A DNA stretch of 64,000 bases from Hypanus sabinus (Eukaryota): assembly GCF_030144855.1 (NCBI RefSeq), contig NC_082731.1:11532001-11596000 (forward strand), in the 5' to 3' direction. The notes beneath the pieces were generated by a model. The model was given only the letters and a program-made list of their open reading frames with translations. It had not been told where the DNA came from and did no database searches. Shown here piece by piece: positions 23,135 to 36,059 of the stretch. The first letter of the stretch is position 1, and every line of letters starts with the position of its first letter. The position numbers and the translations under genes are program-made.

Positions 23135-23780
23135 CATGGGGGCATCAGTGATCAGCATGATGGTGATTGAGATGTGCTGGCCAACATGGAGTGATTGGGG
23201 TATTTCCATCAAAGCGTCCAAAGTCCAGTTACAGAAAGGGGTGTTGAGTCCCAACGAGGACAACTTAGCCACCGACTGCTGAGGGATGATAATATTAAAC
23301 ACGGAGCTGCAGTCAATGAAAAGCATTCTGGAGTACGAGGAATCGTTTTACAGGTGGACAGGACGGGCTAAATCTATGGCACCGTCAATGGCATATCATT
23401 TTAAGGTGTAGGCGAACTGGAAAGGGTCCAAGGTAGCTAGGAGGCAATATTTTATGTATTCCATTACTCAGCTGCTCAAACCAATTCATGATTATTGAAG
23501 TCACTTATTGACTATTGATTATTGACTGCCACTGGGCGACAATCATTTACATCAGTTATCGTTGCTTTCAGGGGTATCGGAATGATGGTGGCTGCCTAGA
23601 AACCTGAGGGGCCAGTGGACCTTTTCAAACAGATATGAAGATCTCCGTTAAGATCCCTGTCAGCTGGGCCGCCCAGTTCCTTAGTGCCTGTCCAGGTATG
23701 TTGTCCAGACCTGCGGCATTGCATGGATTTACCCTGGACAGGGTTCTCCTCACCTCAGCTGCCTCCAGTCATGGTGCCTG
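23135..23780 (-). mobile_element. Rex1/Babar RT fragment
   Basis: MLFIDCSSVFNIIIP..KLSSLGLNTPFCNWTLD matches the Rex1 MLFIDYSSAFNTI motif. Confidence 0.75.
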
Positions 23781-23899
23781 TTTGTCAGAAAGAGAGTGAA
23801 CTTTCTTCGATGTCGCATCAGTTAATTGGTCAAATCGTGGAGGGCATCATTTTTGTTGATGCACCGTGTGGACTTATAATTGGTAATGCTTTATATAAC

Positions 23900-25210
23900 T
23901 TGTATTTTTACATCTCAAGGAAGGTGTGTGTAGCCAATGCTGATCCTATGTTCAAGAATGGAGATGGCGATAATCTAGAAATAATAGATTGGTGGGTCTT
24001 ATGTCAGTGGCAGGGAAACTAATGAAGATGATTCTTAGTGTCAAAATTTATGAGCATTTGGAAAAACATAGCCTAATTAGAGAAGGTCAGCATGGTGTTA
24101 TTCAAAGGAAGCTCATATCTGAGTAACGTTATTGAGGTTTTAGAGAAGACGGAGGTGACTGAAAAAGATAGAGAGATTGAATATGTCTACGTAGGTTTAG
24201 TGAGATATTCGACAAGTCCATTCTTAGGAAACTCGCATAGAAGATTAAGAAGCGCTGCATCCATTTTGACTTGACCGTTTGCATTCATAATAGTGTTGCC
24301 TACAGAAAATACAGTGTAGTAATCAATGGCTCTTATTCTAGTTGCATGTATGTCACTAATGTTCTTCTGTTCTAGGACTTTCGATGTTTGTGATTATATA
24401 TACATACATATCGCTTTAACACAGCCGTAGATGTGGGGAATAGTAAGTTTGTAGATGGCAGGAAGGTAGGTGGTATTATGGATAATACAGAGGCTTGTCA
24501 AGGGTTAGAACAGAAAATAAATCAGTTTCAGAAATGGCCAGAGAAAATTCAGATAGAGTTTTATCCCTGCAAAAATAGATGTTGCACTATGGAAGATCAA
24601 TTGCCAAATCCCATCTACACATTTAGTGACAGGACCCTTTCAAACTTTGAGGTAGAAGCTGATCATGGGAGTCCATGTCGACAGCTCATAGTGGAGGCGA
24701 TTTGATAGGATATTAAAGAAGGTAAACGTCATGTTTCCCTTTATTTGCCTGTGTTCAAGCATCAGGAAGTAATGTTTCAGTAATGCAGAAGAGGTTTAGG
24801 AGAATGTTATCTGGAGTAGAGGGTATGGGGCCTAAGGAGAGCTTGGGAAACTAAAATTGTTTACTCTTGACTGACATGGCAAGAGAAAACCTGAGAGCGC
24901 TTATAAAATTATGGGAAGCATAGAAAGAGTAAGCGGCCGAAATATTTTCCACAGGATCGAATGTGTAGTACTAGAGGACATATATTTATGGTGTGAGGGA
25001 AATTTGAAAACAGATATGCAGTGCATGTGTTTTACATGGAGAGTGATGTGTGATTGGATTGCGAGACTAAGGCTCATGGCAGATACAGATACAGTGGAGA
25101 TGTTCTGGATGGTCTTGCATAGGCACATGAAAATACAGAGAATTCTGTGTGCGCGTATGGGGGAGGGGGAGGGTGAATTATGTGCTGGCCGAACGGATGA
25201 GTGTAATTAT
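23900..25210 (+). mobile_element. Old degenerate CR1 LINE
   Basis: Decayed QHG..KGSSYLSN.IE..E, SKFVDGRKVGG, WAEK.Q.EF.P.K segments. Confidence 0.65.
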
Positions 25211-25276
25211 GCATTATTAGCTCAATTAGAAAGTCTGATTATTAACATTAACAATCAAGTAAAATGACTTGAACTT

Positions 25277-25343
25277 ATATATAAATATATAAGTATAGTA
25301 TATAAATATATATGTATATATATAAGTGTATATATAGTATATA
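25277..25343. repeat. Imperfect (TA)n low-complexity tract
   Basis: atatataaatatataagtatagtatata... repeats. Confidence 0.85.
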
Positions 25344-25564
25344 AATGCCAGATTAGCGATCATTATAGATTTTGTTTCTGTTTGAGCCATCATTATAGAG
25401 TGTGGCTTTTTTCCCTGATTTTACATTGTGTCAGTGGCTTTAGTAGTTACAAACTGATATACTCTGGAAATCAGTCCAACTTGACGAAATATAGGGATCA
25501 AATAATGATGAGCCGTAAGTCGTCTTTCTGAAGATCTCAGATTAGGGATTCAATCACAAATAAG

Positions 25565-25725
25565 AGAAAATCTGCAGATGCTGGAGATCCAAGCAACACA
25601 TAAAATGCTGGAGGAACACAGCAGGTCAGACAGCATCAATGGCTGATAATCGAAATATTGACTGTACTACTTTCCATGGATGCTGCCTGACCTGCTGAGT
25701 TCCTCCAGCATCCTGTGTGTGTGGT
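25565..25725 (-). mobile_element. Penelope-like terminal repeat fragment
   Basis: aatctgcagatgctggag..gcaacacataaaatgctggaggaac, the same motif as the ends of the other PLE copies in this window. Confidence 0.7.
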
Positions 25726-26940
25726 TCGGATTAACGGTTGTTGTAGTGAAAATGTCTATAGAAATAATGCCTTGGCACCGGCTAGATTGAAAGTAGCAGT
25801 CTCCAGTAAATTACGAATCAAAACTGTGGCTCGCTAATTACAACATTATATTTAAGTAAATTGGGCATTAATCAAGAAACGTTTAGTATACTCAATGCGT
25901 GAATCAGAACATATCTTAATATTCCACATCTGCTTGGATAGCAGAATGAAGAGAAGACGTCGCGTGTTTCCGAAGAAAGATGGATGTGAAGAGAAGCGTC
26001 TGTCTTGCTCTGGATAAAAATCAGAATAAACTTGTTACGCTAGGTCAGCAAATCCCCAGATTACTACTTTTCAGAATGTAGAGTGCTTCAAGCAATAATG
26101 CTCATCACTTTTAAAATACAAATTTGCAAGATGCTGTTGGAATCCGAGATGTTTTCACAGCAAATTGACATTTTAATTCTTTTAGAAAATACATTCCATG
26201 CGTTATGGTCTTATGGTCTTTTATATCTATAGTGTTTAACTTTAAAAATGATGTGTGCCAGATAATCAATCGAAGGACCTTCCTTCATATTTCAATTGTC
26301 TTTCCAACTGAGGACCCACAAAGTATTTGGCAGGGGCTTTCTATACCTTTATGATTTCGCCAAGACAGTGAGCAGAATTTTACTCTTGGTTGCTTGTAAA
26401 CGTGCAATGTAGTTGAGCCAATATATATCCGATTCTCTAACTTCCTAGTTCCTCCTAACACAAGAACACTTGCAATCTATATTCCTTTCTCAGCTTTCTA
26501 AAACAAAATGTTACTTCTCACACTGTCCAAAATGTATTATTATTTATTATTTATTTACCCAAATCCCAGCCTACCTCCGAATCTCGTTACTCGCATGTTT
26601 ATTCTTTACTTGATTTTGGACAGTTAATTTCTGTTAGTGACAATCGACTGAATAAATTGCACGGGCAAGTGAACCAAGATTGCAGACTATGTTATGTGAT
26701 AAAGCCATGCCGATTTAATGGCGCTATTTAAGGTGGCCGAGTCTTCTAACGGACATAACTAAATACTTAACTATCTCCAGAAATTTATTGTGCTATCCAC
26801 GTCAGTGCAATGACCAAACAGCAGAAAGATTTGAAAACAAATTGAAATCCATATTCATAATTTTCACAGTCTAACAAGAAATTTTCGACTGATAGTATTG
26901 CCGTGACTTTAAATATGTTTATTCATGCAAAAGGCCTAGT

Positions 26941-27365
26941 CTATTTCTTAATCCTTTGTATCATATTATCACTGTCTTGATGTCACGAGGTTGATGCTTC
27001 AAAGCACCACATGGAGATTTGTAAAAACATTCATTATTTCTCTACAACATTGTGTCATGAAGGAACTGCCCAGTAAAAGAGTGTAACGTGTAGAAGGACC
27101 AGTAAGTGACCCATGCGCATCTATTTTCAATTGCCATCCATTATCGCCCATCTGTTTCTTAATTCCTGGTACCATATTATGACTGTCTTGATGTAACGAG
27201 GCTGATGCTTCAAATCAGTACATGATTTGAAAAAAAAACATTCATTATTTCGCTACAAGATTGTGTCATGAAGAAGCAGCCCAGTAAAAGAGTGTAACAT
27301 GTAGAAGGACCAGTAAGTGACCCCTGCGCACCTATCTTCAATTACCATCCGTTATCATCCATCTG
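26941..27365. repeat. Two-copy direct tandem duplication, unit about 210 bp
   Basis: catattatcactgtcttgatgtcacgagg...agtaaaagagtgtaac...gtagaaggaccagtaagtgaccc...ccatc recurs at about 26941 and about 27152 with scattered substitutions. Confidence 0.9.
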
Positions 27366-28149
27366 CCCTGCATTGGTGACCGCAACATCTGAAGTCGGGT
27401 TTGCCCCGTACTGCATTTAGAAGGAGGTGTTCACTTAACTTTCAGGAAATAAAGCTACGGGATGAGTCAGTGAATACAATTAAACCACAATTTGACAGAA
27501 GGAATAGGTAGGCGGAGGCGGCAGTAGTTTTGTACAACTGTTTCAGTGAACGGAGCTGCCACCTGCACTGTGTTGAAAAATCAAAGTCATAAGCAAATTC
27601 AATGGGGATTCACTTGGTGATGTTGGACAAATGTAAGCATTTGATTCAATTGAGATTTTAACCTTTGGCTTCTCAATACATTTAGCTTGATTCAAAAAGC
27701 CATATACACACGTTTTCCAATACTATTTCTGGGCTGCAAATAAACACCGAGCAAAAATTTAAAACTATGCTTCTCCAAAGAGTGCTGAAATTGATAATGG
27801 AAAACAAGAAGACGGTAGATGATATTTTTAAAATATATTTTGTGCCAGTTTTCCTCGGAGGTTACAGTCCAGAAAGTGCCGGAGGCCAAAAAGATGTAAA
27901 GGATGGGAGCATAGGGTACAATTACAATTGGCAGGTCAGTAGTATTGAAACAATTGTTGGAGCACGGGACGGCAAGTCTCTGGGTTTGATAGATTCGTCG
28001 AAGAGATGGAAAAGTAGTGGCTGGTAAGATGACTTTTGACTTTTCAAAATAAAAAAATAAGCAGCATAGTTGTGATTTCAGTGAACGGATCTAAATTTCA
28101 GTAAAATATGGCAATCCATCAAGTACTTGGAAAGAACTCTTCGCATTTC

Positions 28150-28830
28150 TTCAGCTTTTCCGTATCCTAAATGGCAAAACTACTATAAATGCAGTCCTGG
28201 GCCAGGCAACCCCACTGCAGTTGTTTTTTCAGGATTTTTAAAATGTGATTTGGTCCTACGGTAGTTGATGGATCAGTGGTGAAATAGAAAAACAGCTTCA
28301 AGTTACTGGGTGACGTAATCTCAGAGAAACTATCCAGGGCCCAATTCTGTGATGGAATCAGGAATTTGGAATTTGAGGAGATTTGGGATATCACCAAATG
28401 GTCCAGCGAATTTCTACATAAGTATGGTGGAGAATGCTCTGACTGGTTGTATAGTGTAGTCTGGTGTAGATGTTCCAATGTGAAGAATTGAAAGAGGCTG
28501 CTGAGGGTTAGAGGCTCAGTCAACTCTAGCACAGACATAATAGTTCCACCATCATAAATATCTTCCTCAGGGGGCATCCATCATTAAGCATTCTCACCAT
28601 CTGAGACATACCCACTGCTTATTATTGCATCGAGGAGGAAGTGGAGCCTGAATATCCTCTCTGTGCATTAGATATATGAACAATCCTTAAACCTATCAAC
28701 ACGATATTGTTATTCTGCTTGTATATTTTTATTTATTGTAACTTATAATAATATATGTCTTGTACTATACCTATGCTATGAAACAACAAATTTCACAACG
28801 TCAGTGATGATCAACCTGATTCACATTCTG
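28150..28830 (+). mobile_element. Degenerate Rex1/Babar 3' fragment
   Basis: FKLLG..ISEKLS.., ESILTGC-like segments and a Rex 3' UTR. Confidence 0.6.
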
Positions 28831-29339
28831 ATTCTAATTTCAATTAGTGTGGAATAGAAAGCCATCCAACAAAGATGCACTGCACCTGACAGTGTCAGGC
28901 ATGGAATTTTTAGGAATCAGTTAGTTGCGGCATTTTCCCAAGGAGATTTTGAGTAAATCCTTCAACTCCTGTTGACCACCTTTTAATCTCTTTCCGTATC
29001 GAAACTTGACTGGTACATGGTCTGTTGTCAGGCATCTGAACAACCTGAGCTACTGGAAGGAGCTGATCGATTTGGACCAGTGATTAGGATTTAGGATTCG
29101 TGGTTAGGGAAAAAAGCTATTGTCGAATGCATACTGGATCTCTCGTTGGGAAACGCAGGGAACGCAGATGGAGAGAGGCTGAAGATAAAGCGATAGTATG
29201 ACAAATTCTAGTCACCCTACCGCAGGGAAGATGTCATTGTATTTGTTAGAGGCGATGTGGTTGGATGCTCTTAACTACACAAAACTTCTTTTAGCCAGAG
29301 ACTCCACGATTGTCACGCTTTAAATGCCCTAAAAGAGTC

Positions 29340-29760
29340 ATTCCAGTTGAGGCTGCGCGTCACCTGTGAATCCACCGAGTTCATTAATTACATCCGGTGC
29401 GGCCTCCTCTACAACTGTGAGACGAGGCGGGGATGGTAGACGGCTTCGTTGAGCACCCTCACTCAGTCAGCTGTAACATCCAGCCATTTTAATTGCATTC
29501 CCCATTCCCAAACTGACATATCAGTCAAACGCCTCCTGTAATGCTACAGTAAGATTTGTCGCAGGTTAATGGAATAACACCTCATGTTCCGTCTTCACAG
29601 TATCCAACCTGCTGTCATCAATATAGACTTTTTCTTCTGGTGACCAGTCCCCTCTGTTCTCTTCCTTCTTTATTTTCTCATCGCTCTTGCCCTATACGCA
29701 TTATTTTCCCTTCCCACGCCCTCACGCCCAGCCCATTACCCATATCCTCTTGCTGCTGGT
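29340..29760 (+). mobile_element. Penelope-like GIY-YIG and 3' fragment
   Basis: Decayed ttccagttgaggc..cacctgtgaatcc..cggtgcggcctcctctac..gcttcgttgagcacc. Confidence 0.65.
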
Positions 29761-29764
29761 CAGA

Positions 29765-30500
29765 GTCAAAGTCATAGAAATGTATAGCGCAGTAAAAAGC
29801 CCTTCAGCACATCTACTCCGTCACCATTGAATTAAACAGCCATGCACATCAAACTGCACCCGGACGATAGCCCTCCATACCACTCCCATCCATGTACCTA
29901 TTCAAACTCCTCTTAAACGTTGAAATCGAGTTCGCATGGTCCGGTTGCGCTCTCAGCTCATTCCACACTCCCTTGACCCTCAGGCTCCCCGTAAACACTT
30001 CACCCCAATCCATGGCCTCTAGTTGCAGTACCACCCAACCTTAGTGGAAGCAGCTTACCTACATTTGCATACCTTTTTAAAATGTCCCCTCCATCTTCTA
30101 AGTTCCAAGGAATGAAGTCCTAACCTATTCAATTTTTCCGTATAACCGAGGTCTGCCAATCATGGCAACATACTTCTAAATTTTCTCTGTGCTCTATCAA
30201 TCTTATTTATATCTTTCCTGTAGGTTAGTGACCAAAACTCCACACAATACTCCAAACACTGGTTTGTCCTATTGAATTGCAACACTTCAAACATGTTTGG
30301 AATAACATCCATCTGCCTCAAATTTCACAAATTCACCTCTCTCTGGCTAAAGAATTTTTCCACATCACTGTTTTGAATGGACGCCCCTGTATCCCGAGGC
30401 TCTGTCCTCTTGTCCTAGACTTCCCTACCATGCGAAACACACTTTCCACATCTACTCTGCCTAAGCCTTTCAACATTCGAAAGGTGTCAATGAGATCCCC
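29765..30500 (-). mobile_element. CR1 3' fragments (two pieces)
   Basis: VKGVWNEL...STFKRSLNRYMDG and GDLIDTFRMLKGLGRVDVE..KSRTRG..GRPFKT; catagaa tail. Confidence 0.78.
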
Positions 30501-30519
30501 CGATCCTTCTAAATTCCAG

Positions 30520-31395
30520 CGACGGCTGGCGAAGAGTAAATCTGATAGGAGAGAAGAGTGAACTATGGGAGAAAGAGAATGAAGAGAGTTCCCATTGGAG
30601 GTGATAGGCAACAGAGGAAAATGGACAAGAGGCCACAGAGGGGAAATAATGAAGAGTCAGTGGAATTACTGGTATTTGGAGACATCGAAGTTCATGCCAT
30701 TAGGTTAGAGGCGAACGAGAAGGAGTGTGCATTGTTGCTCTTCCAAACTGAGAATGGCCTCTTCGAGGCAGAAGAGGAGGCTATGGACTAACATGCCGGA
30801 ACGGGAATAGGGATAGGAATTGAAATTGGCTACCCAAAAATCTCGCTTTTAGCGATAGTGCTGAGGGGCCTGACAAAGCCTTTTTCACCAATATAGAGAC
30901 GGCCGCATCGAGAGCACTGAATACAGCAAACGACCCCAACAGGTTATATGTTACCTCAGCTGGAAGGACTGTTTTGGGCCCTGAATAGAAGTCAAAGGGA
31001 AGTGAATGGGCAGGTGTTGCTCTTCTGCCGCTTACAGGGTAAGTGCCAGGAAGGGCATTAGTGCGGACCGATGAGTCGGCAAGAGATCACGGAGGGAGCG
31101 ATCCCTGCAGAAAGCAAGAGTGGGGTGGGAGCAGATACAGATGTCTTGGTGGCAGGGTCCCGTTGCATATGACGAGACTTTCGGAGAATGATGTGTCGGA
31201 TGAGGCAACTCATGCGTTGATAGCAGAGGAAAAGGGCGATTATATTCCAAGGGCGGCAGATCACCGTGGATGTTCTGAAAATGGAGGACATGTGGATGAG
31301 TGCAGTATGAATGGTGGAAGAAATGTCTACTGTTCATTTCACTCCATAGATGCTGCGTGAACTGCTGAGTTCCTTCAATAATTCGTGTTGCTTTT
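30520..31395 (-). mobile_element. Penelope-like fragment
   Basis: Antisense match to the PLE C-terminal region and terminal repeat (gaggaggctatggac, ccgcatcgagagc, tagatgctgcgtga). Confidence 0.75.
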
Positions 31396-32899
31396 CCTTT
31401 CTAACTGCCCTCTTTATCTTGTCTGAAAGTGTCATACCAGGAATACAAAGCTTCCAGGGGTGTCATTTGTACTGAGAGGTGTACTCTAAGATATTATACT
31501 TCCTGTTTCCAATATCTGAGCTCATCTGCGTTTTTGACTGTTTTCTGTGAAGGAAAATACAATTTTCTACATGACATATCCTGGTTTAATTCTGCAAACC
31601 AATCTTTGCAAACCAAAAATAATTTAGATTCTCTCCATATAATTTTGAGCAAATAAATATTGACCACTATTCATCCAGCCGTATTAATTTTAATGTTTTT
31701 CATTTCAAATATGAATCCTGGGGTCGGCTCCGAGGGATAGCGTTTCCTTATTGTAAGGGAACTAAAACAAGGAACTGGCACGTTCGCAACAAGTCAATAC
31801 GGCATCCATTTAATAAAGCATCAATAATCGCTCCACAACAAGGCTTATTACCTTGCCGTCGACAAAAACTGAAATGATTCTCACAGCTGTTCTATGTACC
31901 AATATCGGCTGTCTTACACTCAGTGAACTTGCAGTTCTTTGGTACCATAGAGAAGGTGGGAGCATAGCCTACATCATGGCTGTTCCAACACATTCGAAAG
32001 CTCTTTAGACAGAAATGGTTGTCGTGACAGCTTATCTGCCTTTAAAGTCAGGCAAGTTTGAAGGGAAGTTAGAATATACCTTTACCAAACAAACCAAAGC
32101 TGAAATTTCTTCCCGGTAAATGGGCGCAGTCGACTTTGAAGATAAATCTGCTAATGTCTTAAAAGTGGACGATCTGTTTCATGGATAATACACGCTAATT
32201 ACAGACACAGAATTTTAACAGATAGACATTGAAATTAAAGCATATAATAAAACCCGAACCTTCAAGTAACTAATAAGCTTTTAATATTACGCCCAATATA
32301 TTAATTCGCTATAATACGACAGATGCCTGCATGGCTCCAGTGCTCAGTCACAGGCCAATAACTTCCACTTGATCAGCTGCGCAATGCTTTGCCACAACGT
32401 ATCAGCACATTCTCCACGATGAAGGTTGTTCAAAGGTTTATTGCGAATTAATGGGACTTAGATACATTACATTACATATCTTGCTATCTGTTTGTGGATC
32501 GACCATAGCAGAACAAAATAAATTATTATACTAAATCCTTAAGTATTTTTATTAACTGAGGAACTATTTATGATTATCTTCTAGATTTTAAGAATTTGCA
32601 TGTGCAAAAACATTATTATGTAAACCAGGGGCGAATCCGCACCATGTCATGCATTTTCATATCCGCAATTAAACGAAAATAGCTATTCAGACTACGACTG
32701 AACCATGCGAACCGGAAAAGGAGCAGGAAACAGCAAAAGGTGCAAGGCAGTGGTAACAAGGGTAAAATCTCCTTTAAGTTTCGTGTTAGTAATCGTGGCA
32801 AAATGAATAAATGATTTCAACACCATCATGTGAGACTAGAGAGTAGTTCTGCAGATGCTGTGATACAAATCAGTAACCTAGAAGGCAGATTTTAAAGGT

Positions 32900-33540
32900 G
32901 TGTAACACTAAGAATGCATTAATCTGTCCGGGGCTGTGTTCCTGTAACGTAAAGATAAATCAATTTTCTTAATTTATGTATCAAGTTTAAATTATGGAGT
33001 TTTCCCAGTAATGCACTGGGCAGTTTTGACAACCTGTTGTCGAGCTTTACTGAACGTTGCAGTGCAGTTTCCAGCTTACCCACCCTCAAGGACATATATA
33101 CAAGGGCCAGTAAAAACATGAGAGATCACAGCCACCCCGCTTATGGACAGTCTGTCCCTCTTCCTTCAGCGAGGCGGGTATGTAGCATCTACTCGAGGAC
33201 CACTAGAGAAAAAACAGTTAGTTTCCAAAATCAGTGAGGTCGATCAATACGTCCGCCCATAAACCCACCCTTTCATACCCCCAACCACCACAACATTAAA
33301 ATTTCCCTACAGGCACCTTATGCAGAGTCAGCCCTATGACTAGCGTCACTTTATGAGCATATGATCAATCCATGCACATAATCTATCTTACATACTTATA
33401 TTTATTTATTGTGTTATTATTATTGTGATATTTATGTTACTGTGATTTTTTGACCTGCATTGGATCTGCGGTAACAATTATTTTGTTCTCCTTTACTCCT
33501 GTGTTCTGGAAATTACATTAAACAATCTTGAATCTTGGAT
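32900..33540 (+). mobile_element. Rex1/Babar 3' fragment
   Basis: LPTLKDIYT..RASKNMRDHSHPAYG..LPSARR..SIYSRTTR motif; Rex 3' UTR. Confidence 0.75.
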
Positions 33541-33719
33541 GCTGATCAAATATTTATTGTGTAGTGATAAGGACTCACCTCAGAAATCAAACTAGAACAG
33601 ATTTAAAAGGATATTGTCTTCCAGTGATACAGAGAGATAAAAAAGAACATAAGCAAAAGTAGTGGACGAGTGGTTCTATTCAAGACTGCTCATTCATTCG
33701 TGACATACTGGGAGGTCTG

Positions 33720-33720
33720 T

Positions 33721-33784
<64 letters not shown>
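33720..33784. repeat. (TC)n microsatellite
   Basis: Near-perfect TC run. Confidence 0.96.
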
Positions 33785-35359
33785 AGGCTCTCCCTCTCGC
33801 TCGCTCTCTCCACATTATATAGAAACGGAGACAACAGTATGCAAGAAAGAAAACATCTTTCATCAATATTTAATCTCAAGGATATGAGTTCAGGCACATT
33901 CCATTCAGTCACCACATTCACATATGACTCCATTTTATCGTACAAACTTTCATTTTGTGTTGCAAATCTTGGTATTTTCCAAACAGGTATCATGTTTACC
34001 TCTTTCCTGAAACATCACCCCAGGATTCCTCATTAGTACATTATACCAAAAAGCAAAATACTACATAAAAACTACAATAAGGACAAATTTAATATCGATG
34101 TTAAACAACAGGATTATTATAATTAGAGTTCCATCTGGGTAGTAAATCACATGATATAGAGTCAGCCTGGCGCAACAATCGTCTAACATCTCCCTTCAGA
34201 CAGTAAGTTAAAAGAGACAGCACTCTGAGCAAAACAGATGTTACAATTATGGTAAAAGTTGAAAGGATCCGAAGCAGCATTGGATCTGGACATTGCTCCC
34301 CCAATTCCAAAACCTACTCCTAAAATCGGCCTCCATTGAAGCGAGTAACATATTATGGGGTACTGCTTTCGAGTGTCCTTCCAGTGCACTCAGTTGACAT
34401 CGCGCAGCAGGGTCCGTTAATGATCAGAATACATCCAACATGCTAACTTCAGCTAAAAGAAAACAAAACGTCTGTTTCTTATTAGATTTAAAGTATTCTC
34501 ATTTTGTCTGTTCCTCTCTGCTTTTGCCTTACATACTGTTCAGGTCAAATTTGACCGGTATTGGCATTTGACCGCAGTAAAAACACCTTAAATTGATTTA
34601 TTTTGCCGAAATTTGATGACTTTTCCTAAAGTGACCCAAATGTGCAAAAACTGAAAATATTTTAAAATATTATAATGTTGTACAGGTGCTACAAATTTTT
34701 GTACATTGAGGATGTTCCGAGTCAAATTTGAACCGTATCTATTGAAATTGATTTCAGATCTCTGAAACATTAGTTAAGAATTAATAACACATTTATTAAT
34801 ATCGGATAGGCTATTTATACATTCTAAATATATCTGTGGTTCAAAATTTTGTATAGACACATGATATAAGGGGATGATTCTGGGGCCGGGTCAAATGGTC
34901 TGTCCAATGTACCTATACCAGGCAAGTATTATCACCTCCATTTTCTATAATCTCCCCATTGCAATCCAGAGAATTTGGAATGCTCATCCGTATTTACACC
35001 CCCCTATAGGAAATCCTTCTATAGTGCACACCTCTTCCTCCGATTCCAAAGTGTATTTAATCATTCTAGTATCAATGATCCTTGGGGCAAAGGTTCCGCG
35101 TTCAAAAAGTTCAAGTGTAGCCACCGCTGTAATGTGTGGGTTGATGTCAAAAAACTAATATGCTGTTCCAAAAGTCCATTCGTCCTCTTAGTCAGTCTGA
35201 TGTTTGGTGGTAATATGGTCTGTGATATTCCCAATAAATGTTTTTCCTGGCAGTCCAGTCTTTCACTGTTTGTCCTCAGAAATGAGATCAACTATCTGAT
35301 TGTATCTTTTAGGGGTCCACATCGGAACCAATTAATTTCTGCCATCACTTCAAAGTATC

Positions 35360-35900
35360 ACCTGGAGAAACACACACGAAATGACAAAGGAACTCAGCAG
35401 GTCAGGCGGCATCTATGGAAATGAATAAATAGTCAATGTTTAGGACCGAGACCAATCAACAGGACTGGAAAGCTAGGGTGAAGATGACAGAATAAAAAGG
35501 AGGAGGAGGTGATAGTTGGTAGTGGATGGACAATAAATTAAGAAGCTTCAGGATGATAGGCAAAAAAGAGAAAAAGGAATCCAGGAGGAGACAAGAGTGG
35601 ACCATGGGAAATAGTAGGAGCACCAGGAGCAGGCGATAGGCAAGTGAGGAAAGTCTTTAAGAAGCCAGAGAAGGGAAATGAAGAACAGGGAAAGGGAGGG
35701 GAAATACCGGAAGTTGAAGAAATAGATATTAATGTCATCAGTTTGGAGGCTATCTAGACGGAATATCAAGTGTTACTCTTCCAGCCTGAGTGTACTCATC
35801 ATGGCAGAAAAGGAGCCGTGAACTGACAAATTCGAATGGGACTGGGGATAAAAATTAAAATTGGTGGTCACTGGAAAATTCCACTTCTTGTGAATAGAGC
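35360..35900 (-). mobile_element. Penelope-like 3' fragment
   Basis: aactcagcaggtcaggcggcatctatgg terminal repeat plus the antisense GIY-YIG tail. Confidence 0.72.
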
Positions 35901-36059
35901 GGTTGAACTTGACAAACTTGTCTCTTGACATCTATCGCCAACCCTGCACTGATGACACTTCTATCTTCAGTCATCCTCCCCTTCACAACAATAGGGTTGA
36001 TGTAATGCGAGATTGAAACTTTCCTAATATTGAATGGCATCTCCTTAGAGCCATGGGTT

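Noticed and set aside
31870-32010. Plus-strand frame with C-x14-W-Y (LCTNIGCLTLSELAVLWYHRE) as a V pseudogene
   Set aside because: No leader, no downstream D-x-A-x-Y-x-C or RSS, and the framework residues do not fit.
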